Assembly (NCBI GenBank): GCA_021785125.1
Contig: JAJYGF010000012.1
Span: 16,612-80,611, forward strand
Length of the DNA: 64,000 nucleotides
Reading direction: 5' to 3'
Origin: a bacterium
Lineage (GTDB): Bacteria > Patescibacteriota > Minisyncoccia > Moranbacterales > UBA2206
Shown: positions 28,034 through 36,633 of the stretch, piece after piece
Position numbering within the stretch: position 1 is the stretch's first letter
How the letters are laid out: each line of letters starts with the position of its first letter
Notes under the pieces: model-generated
The model's input: the letters and a program-made list of their open reading frames with translations, nothing else
Told to the model about the DNA's origin: nothing
Databases searched by the model: none
Program-made: the position numbers and the translations under genes

Positions 28034-29194
28034 TCAATGCGGGGTTGCATCGGTCATTTTTTTGCATATTTCTAGCATCTTTTCCGCCGTTTTTTGCCAA
28101 GAAAATTTTTGAGCTCGCGCCAATTCTTTCCGTGCAATATCTTTTCGTAAATTCTCATCAGTCGCTACCCGATTCAATTTTTCAGAAAGATCGGCCGGAT
28201 CATCCGTTTTGAAAAGCATCGTCGCGCCTTCTGTGATTTCAGCGTGCGACGGAATATCCGAAGCCAGAGTCGGAACGCCCAGAGTCATCGCTTCAAGAAT
28301 CGGTATGCCGAAACCTTCATAGAGCGATGGAAAGCAAAATACATGCGCCAATCGGAAAATTTGCGGCTTGTCCATTTCATCGATGAATCCAGGCAGGATC
28401 ACATCTTTTTCCAATCCGTAGCTTGTTACGTATTCATCAATCTTCGCGTCAAAATTGCGTCCCTTTCCCCCAGCCAGGACCAGCTTCAGATCCTTTCTTT
28501 TTTCATTCGGAATCTTTATGTATGCCTCGATCAATGCCGGCAGATTTTTTCTCGGTTGCAATGTGCCGATGTACAAGATGAATTTCTGCGGCAGAGAATA
28601 TTTTTGTCGGACAACTTCCAATTCCTCTTGGGAATGCTCTTTGAAAAAAATATCGGAAACAGCATTATGTATCCAGTCCACTTTCTTCTCATCAACTTTG
28701 TAATATTTCAGAATTTCATTCGCGGTAAATTTCGAAACTCCGATTATCTTATCCGCGCGCTTCAAGCTCATTGGAATCAGAATATTCATGAAAAACAGAT
28801 CGACTTTGCCGACCAGCTTCGGAAAAACCTTGAAAGAAACGTCATGGATGATGGTGATGATCTGCGTCTTTCGCGGAATGAAAAAGGGCGTGATATATTG
28901 CACCAGCAAAATGTCAGCCGGCTCTTTGCGAAGATACAGCGGCAAAGATACAGCGTTCCAAAACATCTTGTTCGCACCCTCTTCAGCTAGATGGACGACC
29001 TTGAAATTCGCGCCGAGTTCCAACCTTGCGATTTCCTGCGCCAAACCGGCATCTTTTTCCGGATCGCGATCGGTCAGAAGGACATAATCATTAGTTTTAT
29101 CTAAGACAGAAAATTGTTTGACCAGATTGAAAAACACGACTTCATCGCCCGTCCTTTTTTTTCCGATATTTCTGATGTCGATCGCAATTTTCAT
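28034..29194 (-). CDS. glycosyltransferase family 4 (GT-B, group 1)
   Basis: EGFGIPILEAMTLGVPTLASD motif. Confidence 0.8.
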   Translation of the reverse strand: MKIAIDIRNIGKKRTGDEVVFFNLVKQFSVLDKTNDYVLLTDRDPEKDAGLAQEIARLELGANFKVVHLAEEGANKMFWNAVSLPLYLRKEPADILLVQYITPFFIPRKTQIITIIHDVSFKVFPKLVGKVDLFFMNILIPMSLKRADKIIGVSKFTANEILKYYKVDEKKVDWIHNAVSDIFFKEHSQEELEVVRQKYSLPQKFILYIGTLQPRKNLPALIEAYIKIPNEKRKDLKLVLAGGKGRNFDAKIDEYVTSYGLEKDVILPGFIDEMDKPQIFRLAHVFCFPSLYEGFGIPILEAMTLGVPTLASDIPSHAEITEGATMLFKTDDPADLSEKLNRVATDENLRKDIARKELARAQKFSWQKTAEKMLEICKKMTDATPH

Positions 29195-29219
29195 CTTGTT
29201 GTAAGATCAGATTCATTAT

Positions 29220-29288
29220 ATCAAAAAACCCCGCGCGACCATAGCCTCGCCAAAGACGGGGCGAGGTTGGAAAAAATCCGCCTTGGAT
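29220..29288 (-). terminator. GC-hairpin terminator-like repeat, copy 1
   Basis: On the minus strand, the hairpin cctcgcc-aaagacgg-ggcgagg is followed by TTTTTTGAT. The flanking sequence is shared with the copies at 30327-30458 and 31368-31400. Confidence 0.5.
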
Positions 29289-29294
29289 GATTTT

Positions 29295-30266
29295 TCAGAC
29301 CTCGCTTATCACATCAAACCCCTTGAAGCTTCCCGTGATGGACAGACCGATAATTTTTCCTTTGCAAATTCCCCTTTCCTTGATTTGAAGAGATGTTTCA
29401 TTGAGAGTTGCACCGGAACCGACCGCATCATCGATCAGCAGAATATTATCAAATGCGCCTTTTTCATTTACGATGATTGTTTTTCGGGCATTCTCAATAC
29501 GATCGTCCAATTTGTTCAAAGTTTTTTGCGGAACGATGATATCCGTTTTTATTTTCACGATCGAGACTCTCCGGATATGCGGATGCAGATTTTTTTCCAG
29601 CTCTTTCATGAACTGCACTTCGCGCTTGACTGTTGGCGGTATGAATCCCACCCCGTCGATCTCATATCTTTTTATCAACGCATCCACGGTCGGCCGGATA
29701 TCATCCGCCAGCTCCCTCATCAGTTTCTTGTTCTGGCTTTGCTTGGCATACAAAAGCAACTGGCCCGTCCTGGTCTTGCCGAATCTTTCAATGCTGTAAA
29801 AATCAAGATAGAATATCCGATCGAGCCCGATTTTGTTAAAAGTAGTTTTGAATTTTTCCATGCCGTTGATCAGGCCGTTTCTTTTGAATGCGTCATACCT
29901 ACTGAGTGTCTTTGCATATTCATCGGCAGTTTTTTCAATCGGTTGGCCGGTTTTTTGGCACCAGAAAACAAAGCCCTCAATTCCTTCCAAGCGCTCTCCG
30001 GTCGGAGTTATTAGCAGGAAATTTTCTTCGATTTTCTTCCTTGATTTTTCTGAAATTTTATGGCTGGCAAATTCCCTTTTCCCCCTCGTTATCTGATAAA
30101 AAACTTTCGGCGGCTTCCCAACCTTCGTCAGCTTGCCTTCAGCCACAAGATTGGAAAGTTGTTTGGATACGGCCATGCGGCTAAGTCCGAGATGATCAAC
30201 CAACTCATGTACGGTTGCCTGATTCTTATCGCCAATATAAGTAAGTATTTTTTCTGATGTTTTCAT
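29295..30266 (-). CDS. winged-helix HTH + phosphoribosyltransferase-domain regulator (Bacillus PurR-like architecture)
   Basis: N-terminal wHTH (ATVHELVDHLGLSRMAVSKQLSNLVAEGKL). The C-terminal PRPP-binding motif is ILLIDDAVGSGATL. Confidence 0.6.
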   Translation of the reverse strand: MKTSEKILTYIGDKNQATVHELVDHLGLSRMAVSKQLSNLVAEGKLTKVGKPPKVFYQITRGKREFASHKISEKSRKKIEENFLLITPTGERLEGIEGFVFWCQKTGQPIEKTADEYAKTLSRYDAFKRNGLINGMEKFKTTFNKIGLDRIFYLDFYSIERFGKTRTGQLLLYAKQSQNKKLMRELADDIRPTVDALIKRYEIDGVGFIPPTVKREVQFMKELEKNLHPHIRRVSIVKIKTDIIVPQKTLNKLDDRIENARKTIIVNEKGAFDNILLIDDAVGSGATLNETSLQIKERGICKGKIIGLSITGSFKGFDVISEV

Positions 30267-30268
30267 AA

Positions 30269-30295
30269 GTTTACAGTTTACAGTTTACTGTAAAC
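30269..30295 (-). promoter_or_regulatory. Candidate operator: tandem TTTACAG repeats forming a palindrome, directly abutting the regulator start codon
   Basis: gtttacag tttacag tttac tgtaaac. The motif tttacAgtaaa is a perfect 11-nt palindrome. It lies 3 nt from the ATG and no Shine-Dalgarno sequence is present. Confidence 0.4.
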
Positions 30296-30326
30296 CATAA
30301 TATCATATTTATAACTTTTGTCAAAT

Positions 30327-30458
30327 TATCAAAAAACCGCGCGCAGGGCGAGGTTTATAATAATATCCCCCCGCAGAGAGCGAGGTTAGAAAATCCGCTT
30401 TGGACAAAAAACCCCGCGCGCGCGGTGAAACCTCGCGAAGCCGGGGGCGAGGTTAAAA
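30327..30458 (-). repeat. Composite GC-hairpin repeat, copies 2a and 2b of the terminator-like family
   Basis: Three GC-rich hairpins (aaccgcgcgcagggcgaggtt; ccgcgcgcgcgg; aacctcgc-gaagccgggg-gcgaggtt). The gaaaatccgctttgga flank is shared with copy 1. Confidence 0.5.
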
Positions 30459-30459
30459 A

Positions 30460-31356
30460 TTATGATTGAGTCTTAACTTTATTTTTACTAAGCAGAATCA
30501 CGCCGAAAAACATCGGTGCGAATGATAGCAATTGAAACTCGGTCGGTAACGTCCCTAGAAGCAACCAAGCAAAAAGCAGTGTCAGCAAAGGAGCGAAACC
30601 GCCCAAAGCATTCGCCTTGGCAACATTGATTCTGTGTATGCCTTCAATCCATAGAAGCTTGGAAAGTCCCAGTAGAAAAAAACCGTTTACTACCAAAAAG
30701 ATAAAAGATTTTTCTAAGCTGATCGCAGAGAAATTCACCCTTGAAAAATACGCCACGGCAAGGATAACAACCGCGCTTATCAAGCTTCTGATAAACAAGA
30801 TCGCTTCACTGGCGACTTGCTGGCGAGCTCTTCTTTGAAAAAAATTACCGAATGGCGCTATAAAAGCCGCGGCAAGAACAAGCATGTCTCCTATCTGAAA
30901 TTTGTGCAAATTGGGATATAGGACGACAAATGCTCCTACCAGCATCAAAAACGATCCGACTACATGCGTAAAAGAGATATATTCTTTGCGCCAAACATTG
31001 AAAAAGAAAAAACTGAAAAATACTTCTGTTAGAGCGATAAGGCTGGCATTTCCCGGACTGGTATATTGCAACCCGAAAAAATAAAACAGGTAATAGACAA
31101 TGCCTAAAATGAATGTGGTGATCAATATATCCCGCATGGCGCCCCTGTTTTTTATCTGATGCCATCCTTTCTTCACAGTCAAAACTATGCCAAAAAATAT
31201 GGCCGCAAACAACGTGCTCCAAGCCAAGGATAGCAAGGCAGGCACACCCTTGAAGGAAAGGACGGTGACAACCGGGAATAAGCTCCACAAAACAACTTCG
31301 AAAAAGATAATGACCTCGCCCTCTCTTTCCCTGGATAAACTATCTTTTGTTTTCAT
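30460..31356 (-). CDS. EamA/DMT-family transporter (10 TM)
   Basis: 298 aa with two repeated 5-TM halves. Confidence 0.55.
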   Translation of the reverse strand: MKTKDSLSREREGEVIIFFEVVLWSLFPVVTVLSFKGVPALLSLAWSTLFAAIFFGIVLTVKKGWHQIKNRGAMRDILITTFILGIVYYLFYFFGLQYTSPGNASLIALTEVFFSFFFFNVWRKEYISFTHVVGSFLMLVGAFVVLYPNLHKFQIGDMLVLAAAFIAPFGNFFQRRARQQVASEAILFIRSLISAVVILAVAYFSRVNFSAISLEKSFIFLVVNGFFLLGLSKLLWIEGIHRINVAKANALGGFAPLLTLLFAWLLLGTLPTEFQLLSFAPMFFGVILLSKNKVKTQS

Positions 31357-31367
31357 GTCTTCATAAT

Positions 31368-31400
31368 ATCAAAAAACCTCGCGCAGGGCGAGGTTGGGAA
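31368..31400 (-). terminator. GC-hairpin terminator, copy 3
   Basis: On the minus strand, AACCTCGC-CCTG-GCGAGGTT is followed by TTTTTTGAT. Confidence 0.6.
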
Positions 31401-31427
31401 ATATGCCCTTAGACGACTTTATTTTTT

Positions 31428-31589
31428 CTACTTCAAGAATCTCAAGTAAAAAGCCAGGAACAGCAAGACGATTCCCGCATTTGCCATCAGTCGTTCCCAG
31501 AATAGGTTCCTGAAAAACAGCAAGTCGACAGAAACTATGGTGGCCGCCATCAGCGCGATATACAGTATGGTTGAAAAATTTGTTTTCAT
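31428..31589 (-). CDS. small membrane protein (53 aa), not in the ORF track
   Basis: ATG…TAG in frame. The translation MKTNFSTILYIALMAATIVSVDLLFFRNLFWERLMANAGIVLLFLAFYLRFLK has two hydrophobic helices. Confidence 0.3.
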   Translation of the reverse strand: MKTNFSTILYIALMAATIVSVDLLFFRNLFWERLMANAGIVLLFLAFYLRFLK

Positions 31590-31599
31590 AGTATCAGAT

Positions 31600-32064
31600 T
31601 TAATATTCTCCTTTGATCACAAAAAATGAACCCCTGATTGTTCCGGCCAGCTTTGATCTCATTTTGGCAAATTTGAATTTCCCTTCCAATTCTTTCGGCA
31701 CTTCCATGCCCTCGGAAAGCTTGAAACCGACGGCTCGCTTTTTGGGATTATCAATCGTATACAGGACATTGACCGCCAGGCCGTCTTCATAAAAGACATA
31801 TGTCCATCTGATATTTTCCACCTGAAAACTGGATGTCTCCAAAGGTTTGGCCGCAAATTCGATGTCACGCTCCTTTTTCAGGATGCGGTTCACATAAGCA
31901 AGGGTTTTCTTGCTGGCACTGGCTGGCACAACCGTAAATTTATGCTTGTATTTGTTGTCAAAATAGCGGGCTTCATTGGTGCGCAAGCCGGCCAGCGCTT
32001 TTGCCACAGGCGAAGATTCCAAACCGACCGTAGATACGTTTTTAAAATCAACTATATATGACAT
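31600..32064 (-). CDS. hypothetical protein (154 aa)
   Basis: The start was chosen at MSYIVDF, 18 nt after the upstream stop. The longer ORF-track start at 32262 would overlap the upstream gene. Confidence 0.45.
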   Translation of the reverse strand: MSYIVDFKNVSTVGLESSPVAKALAGLRTNEARYFDNKYKHKFTVVPASASKKTLAYVNRILKKERDIEFAAKPLETSSFQVENIRWTYVFYEDGLAVNVLYTIDNPKKRAVGFKLSEGMEVPKELEGKFKFAKMRSKLAGTIRGSFFVIKGEY

Positions 32065-32081
32065 ATTTTTAAGCTTGATAT

Positions 32082-33689
32082 TTATTTCTCTATACTTTCT
32101 ACAAAAGTTATCCCAAAAAACATCCACAAAATCCCCAGAAAGATGCCCGAATTGAAGAAGTTCGGGATCAACAGCGCAAAAAATCCCAAAATCAGAAAGA
32201 TTCCAAATGCCCGATCCGTATGTAAAAAGAGCTTCACTCCTTGAAAAAGAATATACATCCAAACAGCCATGAATGCAAGGAGTCCGATGATGCCCGCGCC
32301 CAGCCAGACTTCCAAGAAGATGTTGCTCGCATTGAGTCCGGCTCCTCTTTCGTCAGTCCCCAGTATCGAACCGATCTGCCCGAATCCGATCCCGAAGATC
32401 GGATGCGCTTTGATGGTCTCCCAGACTTTGGCATAGATCTCGCTCCGCACTTTCACGTTCGGATCATTGCGATATATTTCCGTCACAAAATGTCCGGCCG
32501 CTTTTTCAGAATCAATATCTTCCAGATTTATATGCCGACAATTATATTTCGCCAATTCATCCGTAGAGGAAATAACATTCGGCAAGCTTTCTTCCGCCTG
32601 ACAGCTTATCGTGATCTGCTGAAGTCCCGAACCCGCGCTTTGGATGCGGTTGCCCAACTGGAAATTCGTCAGATGGAAGCCATACACGATCAAGATGCCC
32701 AAAACCAAGGATCCGATGATGAACAATTTCTCACGGATAGTTTCACGCCATTTCCAATTCCTAAATTTGAAAGATAAATCGGTAAAAATTATCCAGAGAT
32801 ACGCAAACGTGACGACGGCCGCTCCGAGCCACGCGCTGCGTGAAACGGTTAGGATCAGATTGATGAAGATCAGGACCAGAAAAATGAAAAGCGTCGTTTT
32901 TAAAACTTGATATTTAGTAATTAAAAATTGTTTTGAAATTAAAAATTTAAAATTAAAAATTTGAGCATCATTATTAAGCTCGCGATTTTTTTGGTTAAAA
33001 TAAAATATTAGCGTATACACAATGGCCAAAAGTAATGACAGATATATTCCATACCAATCCGCTTCGACAAATGTTGCATTCGGCCTTCCGGGCATAACTT
33101 CAAAACTATTCATGCCATGTAAAAATCGCATGTTCTGCCAGATGCCGTATAGCATCACGATGGCCGAGGAACCGACGAAGAAAGGCAGGACTTTTTTGAG
33201 ATCATTCTTGCTTTGGATGAAATTGCGGACCAGGAAATATATGAAGATGAAAGAGGCGAAAACCACAGACTGCTTCAGGCTCGCGCTCCGATTCTCTCCG
33301 GAAAGCGAACTGATGAAGCTGGCGATCCCCATCGCAATCACCAAGAAATCGAACCAGGCCAATTTTGCCAATCTGAAGTTCAGACGCTTTGTCGCCAAGC
33401 GGATGATGATGGCCAGAATCGTGATGCCCGCAAAAAATTGATACGGCCGGACCGCGATTCCCAATTCCGGCGGCGCCAGATTTATGTTCTCCAGCATGAT
33501 CGTGCCGGAAAATAGCAGGAAGCTCCACGCCGGACGATACAGGGCGAACGCCAGGGCCAGGATGGAAAAAAAGATGAAATCGCCGAGCTGGAGCGGCAAA
33601 ACATGAAAATTGGAAAGTAGGATCAGAAAAAAAACCAGCAAAACATCGGCTGCCAGCAAAATCATTTGATTTTTATTTTTTTTAAGCAT
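32082..33689 (-). CDS. O-antigen ligase/polymerase-like (Wzy_C-type) polytopic membrane protein
   Basis: 535 aa with about 12 TM helices and a large loop near the C-terminus. Glycine-rich HPIFGIGFGQ region. Confidence 0.55.
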   Translation of the reverse strand: MLKKNKNQMILLAADVLLVFFLILLSNFHVLPLQLGDFIFFSILALAFALYRPAWSFLLFSGTIMLENINLAPPELGIAVRPYQFFAGITILAIIIRLATKRLNFRLAKLAWFDFLVIAMGIASFISSLSGENRSASLKQSVVFASFIFIYFLVRNFIQSKNDLKKVLPFFVGSSAIVMLYGIWQNMRFLHGMNSFEVMPGRPNATFVEADWYGIYLSLLLAIVYTLIFYFNQKNRELNNDAQIFNFKFLISKQFLITKYQVLKTTLFIFLVLIFINLILTVSRSAWLGAAVVTFAYLWIIFTDLSFKFRNWKWRETIREKLFIIGSLVLGILIVYGFHLTNFQLGNRIQSAGSGLQQITISCQAEESLPNVISSTDELAKYNCRHINLEDIDSEKAAGHFVTEIYRNDPNVKVRSEIYAKVWETIKAHPIFGIGFGQIGSILGTDERGAGLNASNIFLEVWLGAGIIGLLAFMAVWMYILFQGVKLFLHTDRAFGIFLILGFFALLIPNFFNSGIFLGILWMFFGITFVESIEK

Positions 33690-33707
33690 CGGTGATTTAT
33701 CTTGTCC

Positions 33708-33738
33708 ATCTAAGGCGTGCTAAGGTTTAGCCTTAGAT
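33708..33738. repeat. Degenerate copy of the 12742-12787 palindrome
   Basis: atctaaggc-gtgc-taaggtttagccttagat. It lacks about 12 nt of the left arm. Confidence 0.5.
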
Positions 33739-33743
33739 TTAGA

Positions 33744-34901
33744 TCATAATTCTTCGATTATATTGAAAATTTTTGTGATGAATTTTTCCCAGGAGAATTT
33801 CTGCGCCCTCTCCTTGCCTCTTGCCGACAAGGACGCCCGCAATTCCGGATTGATCAGGACATTCTTCATAACCATTGCGATGTCTTTGTGATCCTTTGGC
33901 TCGCAATACAGGACTCCGTCCTGCCCGATTTCCGGCAAGGACGAGCTTTTGGCTGTCACGACCGGCGTGCCGACATTCATCGCTTCCAGGACCGGCAGGC
34001 CGAACCCTTCATAGTATGAAGGATACACGAACATAATCGCATTCTTATATAAAGCTGGCAGATCCGCCTGCGGGACAAAATCAAGAATCTCGACATGATT
34101 AGATAAGTCCAGATCCTTGATGACAGCTTCAATGTCATCGACGAGCGGCTTGAGTTTCGGCAACAACCTGCCGGAAATCACTAATTTTGGCATCTCGTGC
34201 AGAAAATGCTCATTCTTGTTCCTTTCCAAAAGATATTTGTAGGCCTGGATGACTCCCAAGGTATTTTTGCGGACTTCCAATCCCCCGCCATTATATATAT
34301 AGCCCGGCTTGAGCTTATATTTCTTCAAAACCTTGCTTCCAACCGTCGGAGTAATTGCTTTTTTATATATCTCGTCACAATCAATGTGGTTTACCGTGAT
34401 TTTTTTCGGATCGATGCCCAGATGCTGGATGAGATCCTTTTCCGTTCTGGATGAGACGGCCAAGATCTTATCAGCTTTTCTGATCGCCTCTTCGGTCAGG
34501 TTCCAATATTTTCTTTTTCGATAGTTGTTCAGATATTCCGGGAAAAGCTTCGGCACGATGTCATGGACGACTATCATATGCTCTATATCTTCGGGAACCA
34601 CCGTAGGAGATTGGTACAGCGACAAAAAAATCTCGCAACCGTCTTTTTCAATCTTCCCGGGCAACAAATATTTTTCCCATAAAATTTTGCGGACAAGATC
34701 GTCTCTTTTCCAAAATGGCAGAAAGATTCTCTTTTGGAAATTTTTTGGCAATTTTATGTCTTCCGGCAGATCTTCTTCCAGATATAAAATATACTCGTCG
34801 TCTGTTTTTTGAGCCGCGAGTTTTTTGAGAAAATTAACCGTCACCTGGCCGATGCCGGTCGAGGGTTTTCTGGCAAATGATGCATTTATTCCGATTTTCA
34901 T
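33744..34901 (-). CDS. glycosyltransferase family 4
   Basis: YPSYYEGFGLPVLEAMNVGTPVV. Confidence 0.8.
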   Translation of the reverse strand: MKIGINASFARKPSTGIGQVTVNFLKKLAAQKTDDEYILYLEEDLPEDIKLPKNFQKRIFLPFWKRDDLVRKILWEKYLLPGKIEKDGCEIFLSLYQSPTVVPEDIEHMIVVHDIVPKLFPEYLNNYRKRKYWNLTEEAIRKADKILAVSSRTEKDLIQHLGIDPKKITVNHIDCDEIYKKAITPTVGSKVLKKYKLKPGYIYNGGGLEVRKNTLGVIQAYKYLLERNKNEHFLHEMPKLVISGRLLPKLKPLVDDIEAVIKDLDLSNHVEILDFVPQADLPALYKNAIMFVYPSYYEGFGLPVLEAMNVGTPVVTAKSSSLPEIGQDGVLYCEPKDHKDIAMVMKNVLINPELRASLSARGKERAQKFSWEKFITKIFNIIEEL

Positions 34902-34930
34902 ATCAAATATATTTTACCATTAAATCAAGT

Positions 34931-34963
34931 AATTAAAAAAGGGTCGGCAGTTTTGCCGACCCT
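34931..34963 (-). terminator. intrinsic terminator after the dehydrogenase fragment
   Basis: agggtcggc-agtttt-gccgaccct; TTTTTTAATT follows on the minus strand. Confidence 0.55.
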
Positions 34964-34976
34964 TAGTCTTGCTTGG

Positions 34977-35384
34977 TTAAGCTTTGAAGATTTTCCCCTC
35001 GCTGTCCGTTATGAACTTGAAAGCGTTGCGTGTGTCCACGATCGCTTTGCTGTGATCGCAGATGAACTGGTAATCGAAATCGTTGTGATCCGTGACCAGC
35101 ACGACGCAGTCGTACTTCTCCAGGTTCTTGGCCGTGAGAGGAATAGATATCGTTTTGAAACCGCATACCACTCTTGGTATCGACGGTATATATGGATCGG
35201 AATAGTTAACTGTGGCGCCGCCATCAAGAAGAAGCTTGATGATTTGCCACGCCGGTGATTCCCGCGGGTCGTCGCTATTTTTCTTATAGGCGACGCCTAG
35301 AATAAGGATATTCGAATCCACTAAGCGCTTGCCCTTCTTGAATAATATCTCCTCAACTACGTTCAGTATCACAGATTTTTCCAT
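34977..35384 (-). pseudogene. Stand-alone C-terminal domain fragment of a UDP-sugar 6-dehydrogenase (gene remnant, or a domain gene expressed on its own)
   Basis: 135 aa matching only the UDPG_MGDP_dh C-terminal domain (ILGVAYKKNSDDPRESPA…). A full-length paralog lies at 36634-37917. Confidence 0.5.
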
Positions 35385-35452
35385 CCCATCCTCCTCTGGT
35401 TAAATACAGCGTTATTTTTAGTTAAAAAACTATTCCATTGCTGGAATTTTAT

Positions 35453-35481
35453 ACTATACGCTCTTTTAAGCCAAAAGTCAA
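35453..35481 (-). promoter_or_regulatory. sigma70-like promoter (TTGACT-N17-TATAGT) upstream of the dehydrogenase fragment
   Basis: The reverse complement reads TTGACTtttggcttaaaagagcgTATAGT. A GAGGAGGA RBS precedes the ATG. Confidence 0.4.
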
Positions 35482-35522
35482 GGTTGGATGTAAATCAAGG
35501 CTTAAATAAAGAAAATAAAAGT

Positions 35523-36410
35523 TTATTTTACCTTGTATCGCCCATGCAGAAGATCTTTGATTCCATCGCGCTCTTTTGTCCGTGATTCCTTCACTAACTC
35601 ATTATTTTTTATCTGACGCGCGTATTCTCTTCCGGATTCGCTCTTTCTTGCAAGGATGTCCTCAACAATCAATGGCTTGACCTTGATCGGAAGATCTTTA
35701 GTATATTTTTCAAATATTTTTTGAATATCCTCAAGCTCTTTTTTATCTCCGTCTTCCTCATTGGCCAGAGTACGTTCCAGAATATTTTCAATTTCTTGGA
35801 TATCTTCAGGGCTGATTTGAATATCATGCTTATATTCATTCTTATAAAAAGCCATCATAAACATGATCCAAGCCCGAGCTATATGGAATTCATTGGTGAC
35901 GATCTCAATGTCATGCACTTCACTGATGGCATCACTATGCTCTTTCACCCATTCAGCAATAGCCGCGGCATTGCCAAGCGTCGAACCTCCGGACGGAAGC
36001 GAACCCTCAAGCACAACATCCGAAACTCCATATTTTTTTTTGAGTTTCTTTCTTGCTTCTTCGGCCCGAGAAAGCTTCAAGATTTCACCCGAGTCTAATT
36101 TTATGCTTTCTTCTCCGCCTGTCGTGAAAATATGCATCTCTTGAGGATAGCTCGGATTATTCCGATTTTCTGAAAATTCCTTATATAATTGTTGGATGGC
36201 TCGCATGCGCGAATCGCCTCCGGAAACTTCTTTCGACATGCCTTCCTTGGCAGATTCGTTTATCAATGGAAAGCGTGGCGGATATTTATTGCCCTCACCT
36301 TTTTGGAACAACCTGGCACCCAGCATGACAACAATTTCAGTCTTCTGATTGCCGTGTTCCAAATGATTTTCTTTTTTGGTCTCTGCAGGAACTTCAAAAA
36401 CATTCGCCAT
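35523..36410 (-). CDS. DUF218 (YdcF/ElyC/SanA-like) domain protein
   Basis: VVMLGARL … IFTTGG … TNEFHIARA motifs. Confidence 0.5.
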   Translation of the reverse strand: MANVFEVPAETKKENHLEHGNQKTEIVVMLGARLFQKGEGNKYPPRFPLINESAKEGMSKEVSGGDSRMRAIQQLYKEFSENRNNPSYPQEMHIFTTGGEESIKLDSGEILKLSRAEEARKKLKKKYGVSDVVLEGSLPSGGSTLGNAAAIAEWVKEHSDAISEVHDIEIVTNEFHIARAWIMFMMAFYKNEYKHDIQISPEDIQEIENILERTLANEEDGDKKELEDIQKIFEKYTKDLPIKVKPLIVEDILARKSESGREYARQIKNNELVKESRTKERDGIKDLLHGRYKVK

Positions 36411-36467
36411 GATTTTACTTTTAGCTTTTACTTTATTATTTTAGCTTAAATTTTAAAAAAGAAAAAA

Positions 36468-36493
36468 GCCCGCACCTTGATAAGTGCGGGCTA
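36468..36493. other. Strong 9-bp GC hairpin flanked by A- and T-runs (terminator-like) in a divergent intergenic region
   Basis: agcccgcac-cttgataa-gtgcgggct. aaaaaagaaaaa lies upstream and aagttttt downstream. Confidence 0.4.
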
Positions 36494-36554
36494 AGTTTTT
36501 GGCTTGCATGTCAAGCCCATTCCCCTGAAAAACGGATTTGCCTTCTTTTTTCAT

Positions 36555-36582
36555 TTGACTCCGGCGCCCTCTGCCTTATAAT
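36555..36582 (+). promoter_or_regulatory. sigma70-like promoter (TTGACT-N16-TATAAT) for the dehydrogenase gene
   Basis: ttgactccggcgccctctgccttataat, about 50 nt upstream of the ATG at 36634. Confidence 0.45.
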
Positions 36583-36633
36583 AAAGCCTAGTCATATCCT
36601 TCGGTATGACGATAAAAAATAAATTGGAAAATT

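Noticed and set aside
28244-28990. 248-aa plus-strand ORF
   Set aside because: It is antisense to the GT4 gene 28034-29194.
29283-30014. 243-aa plus-strand ORF
   Set aside because: It is antisense to the wHTH-PRTase regulator gene, which has a clear HTH and PRPP motif.
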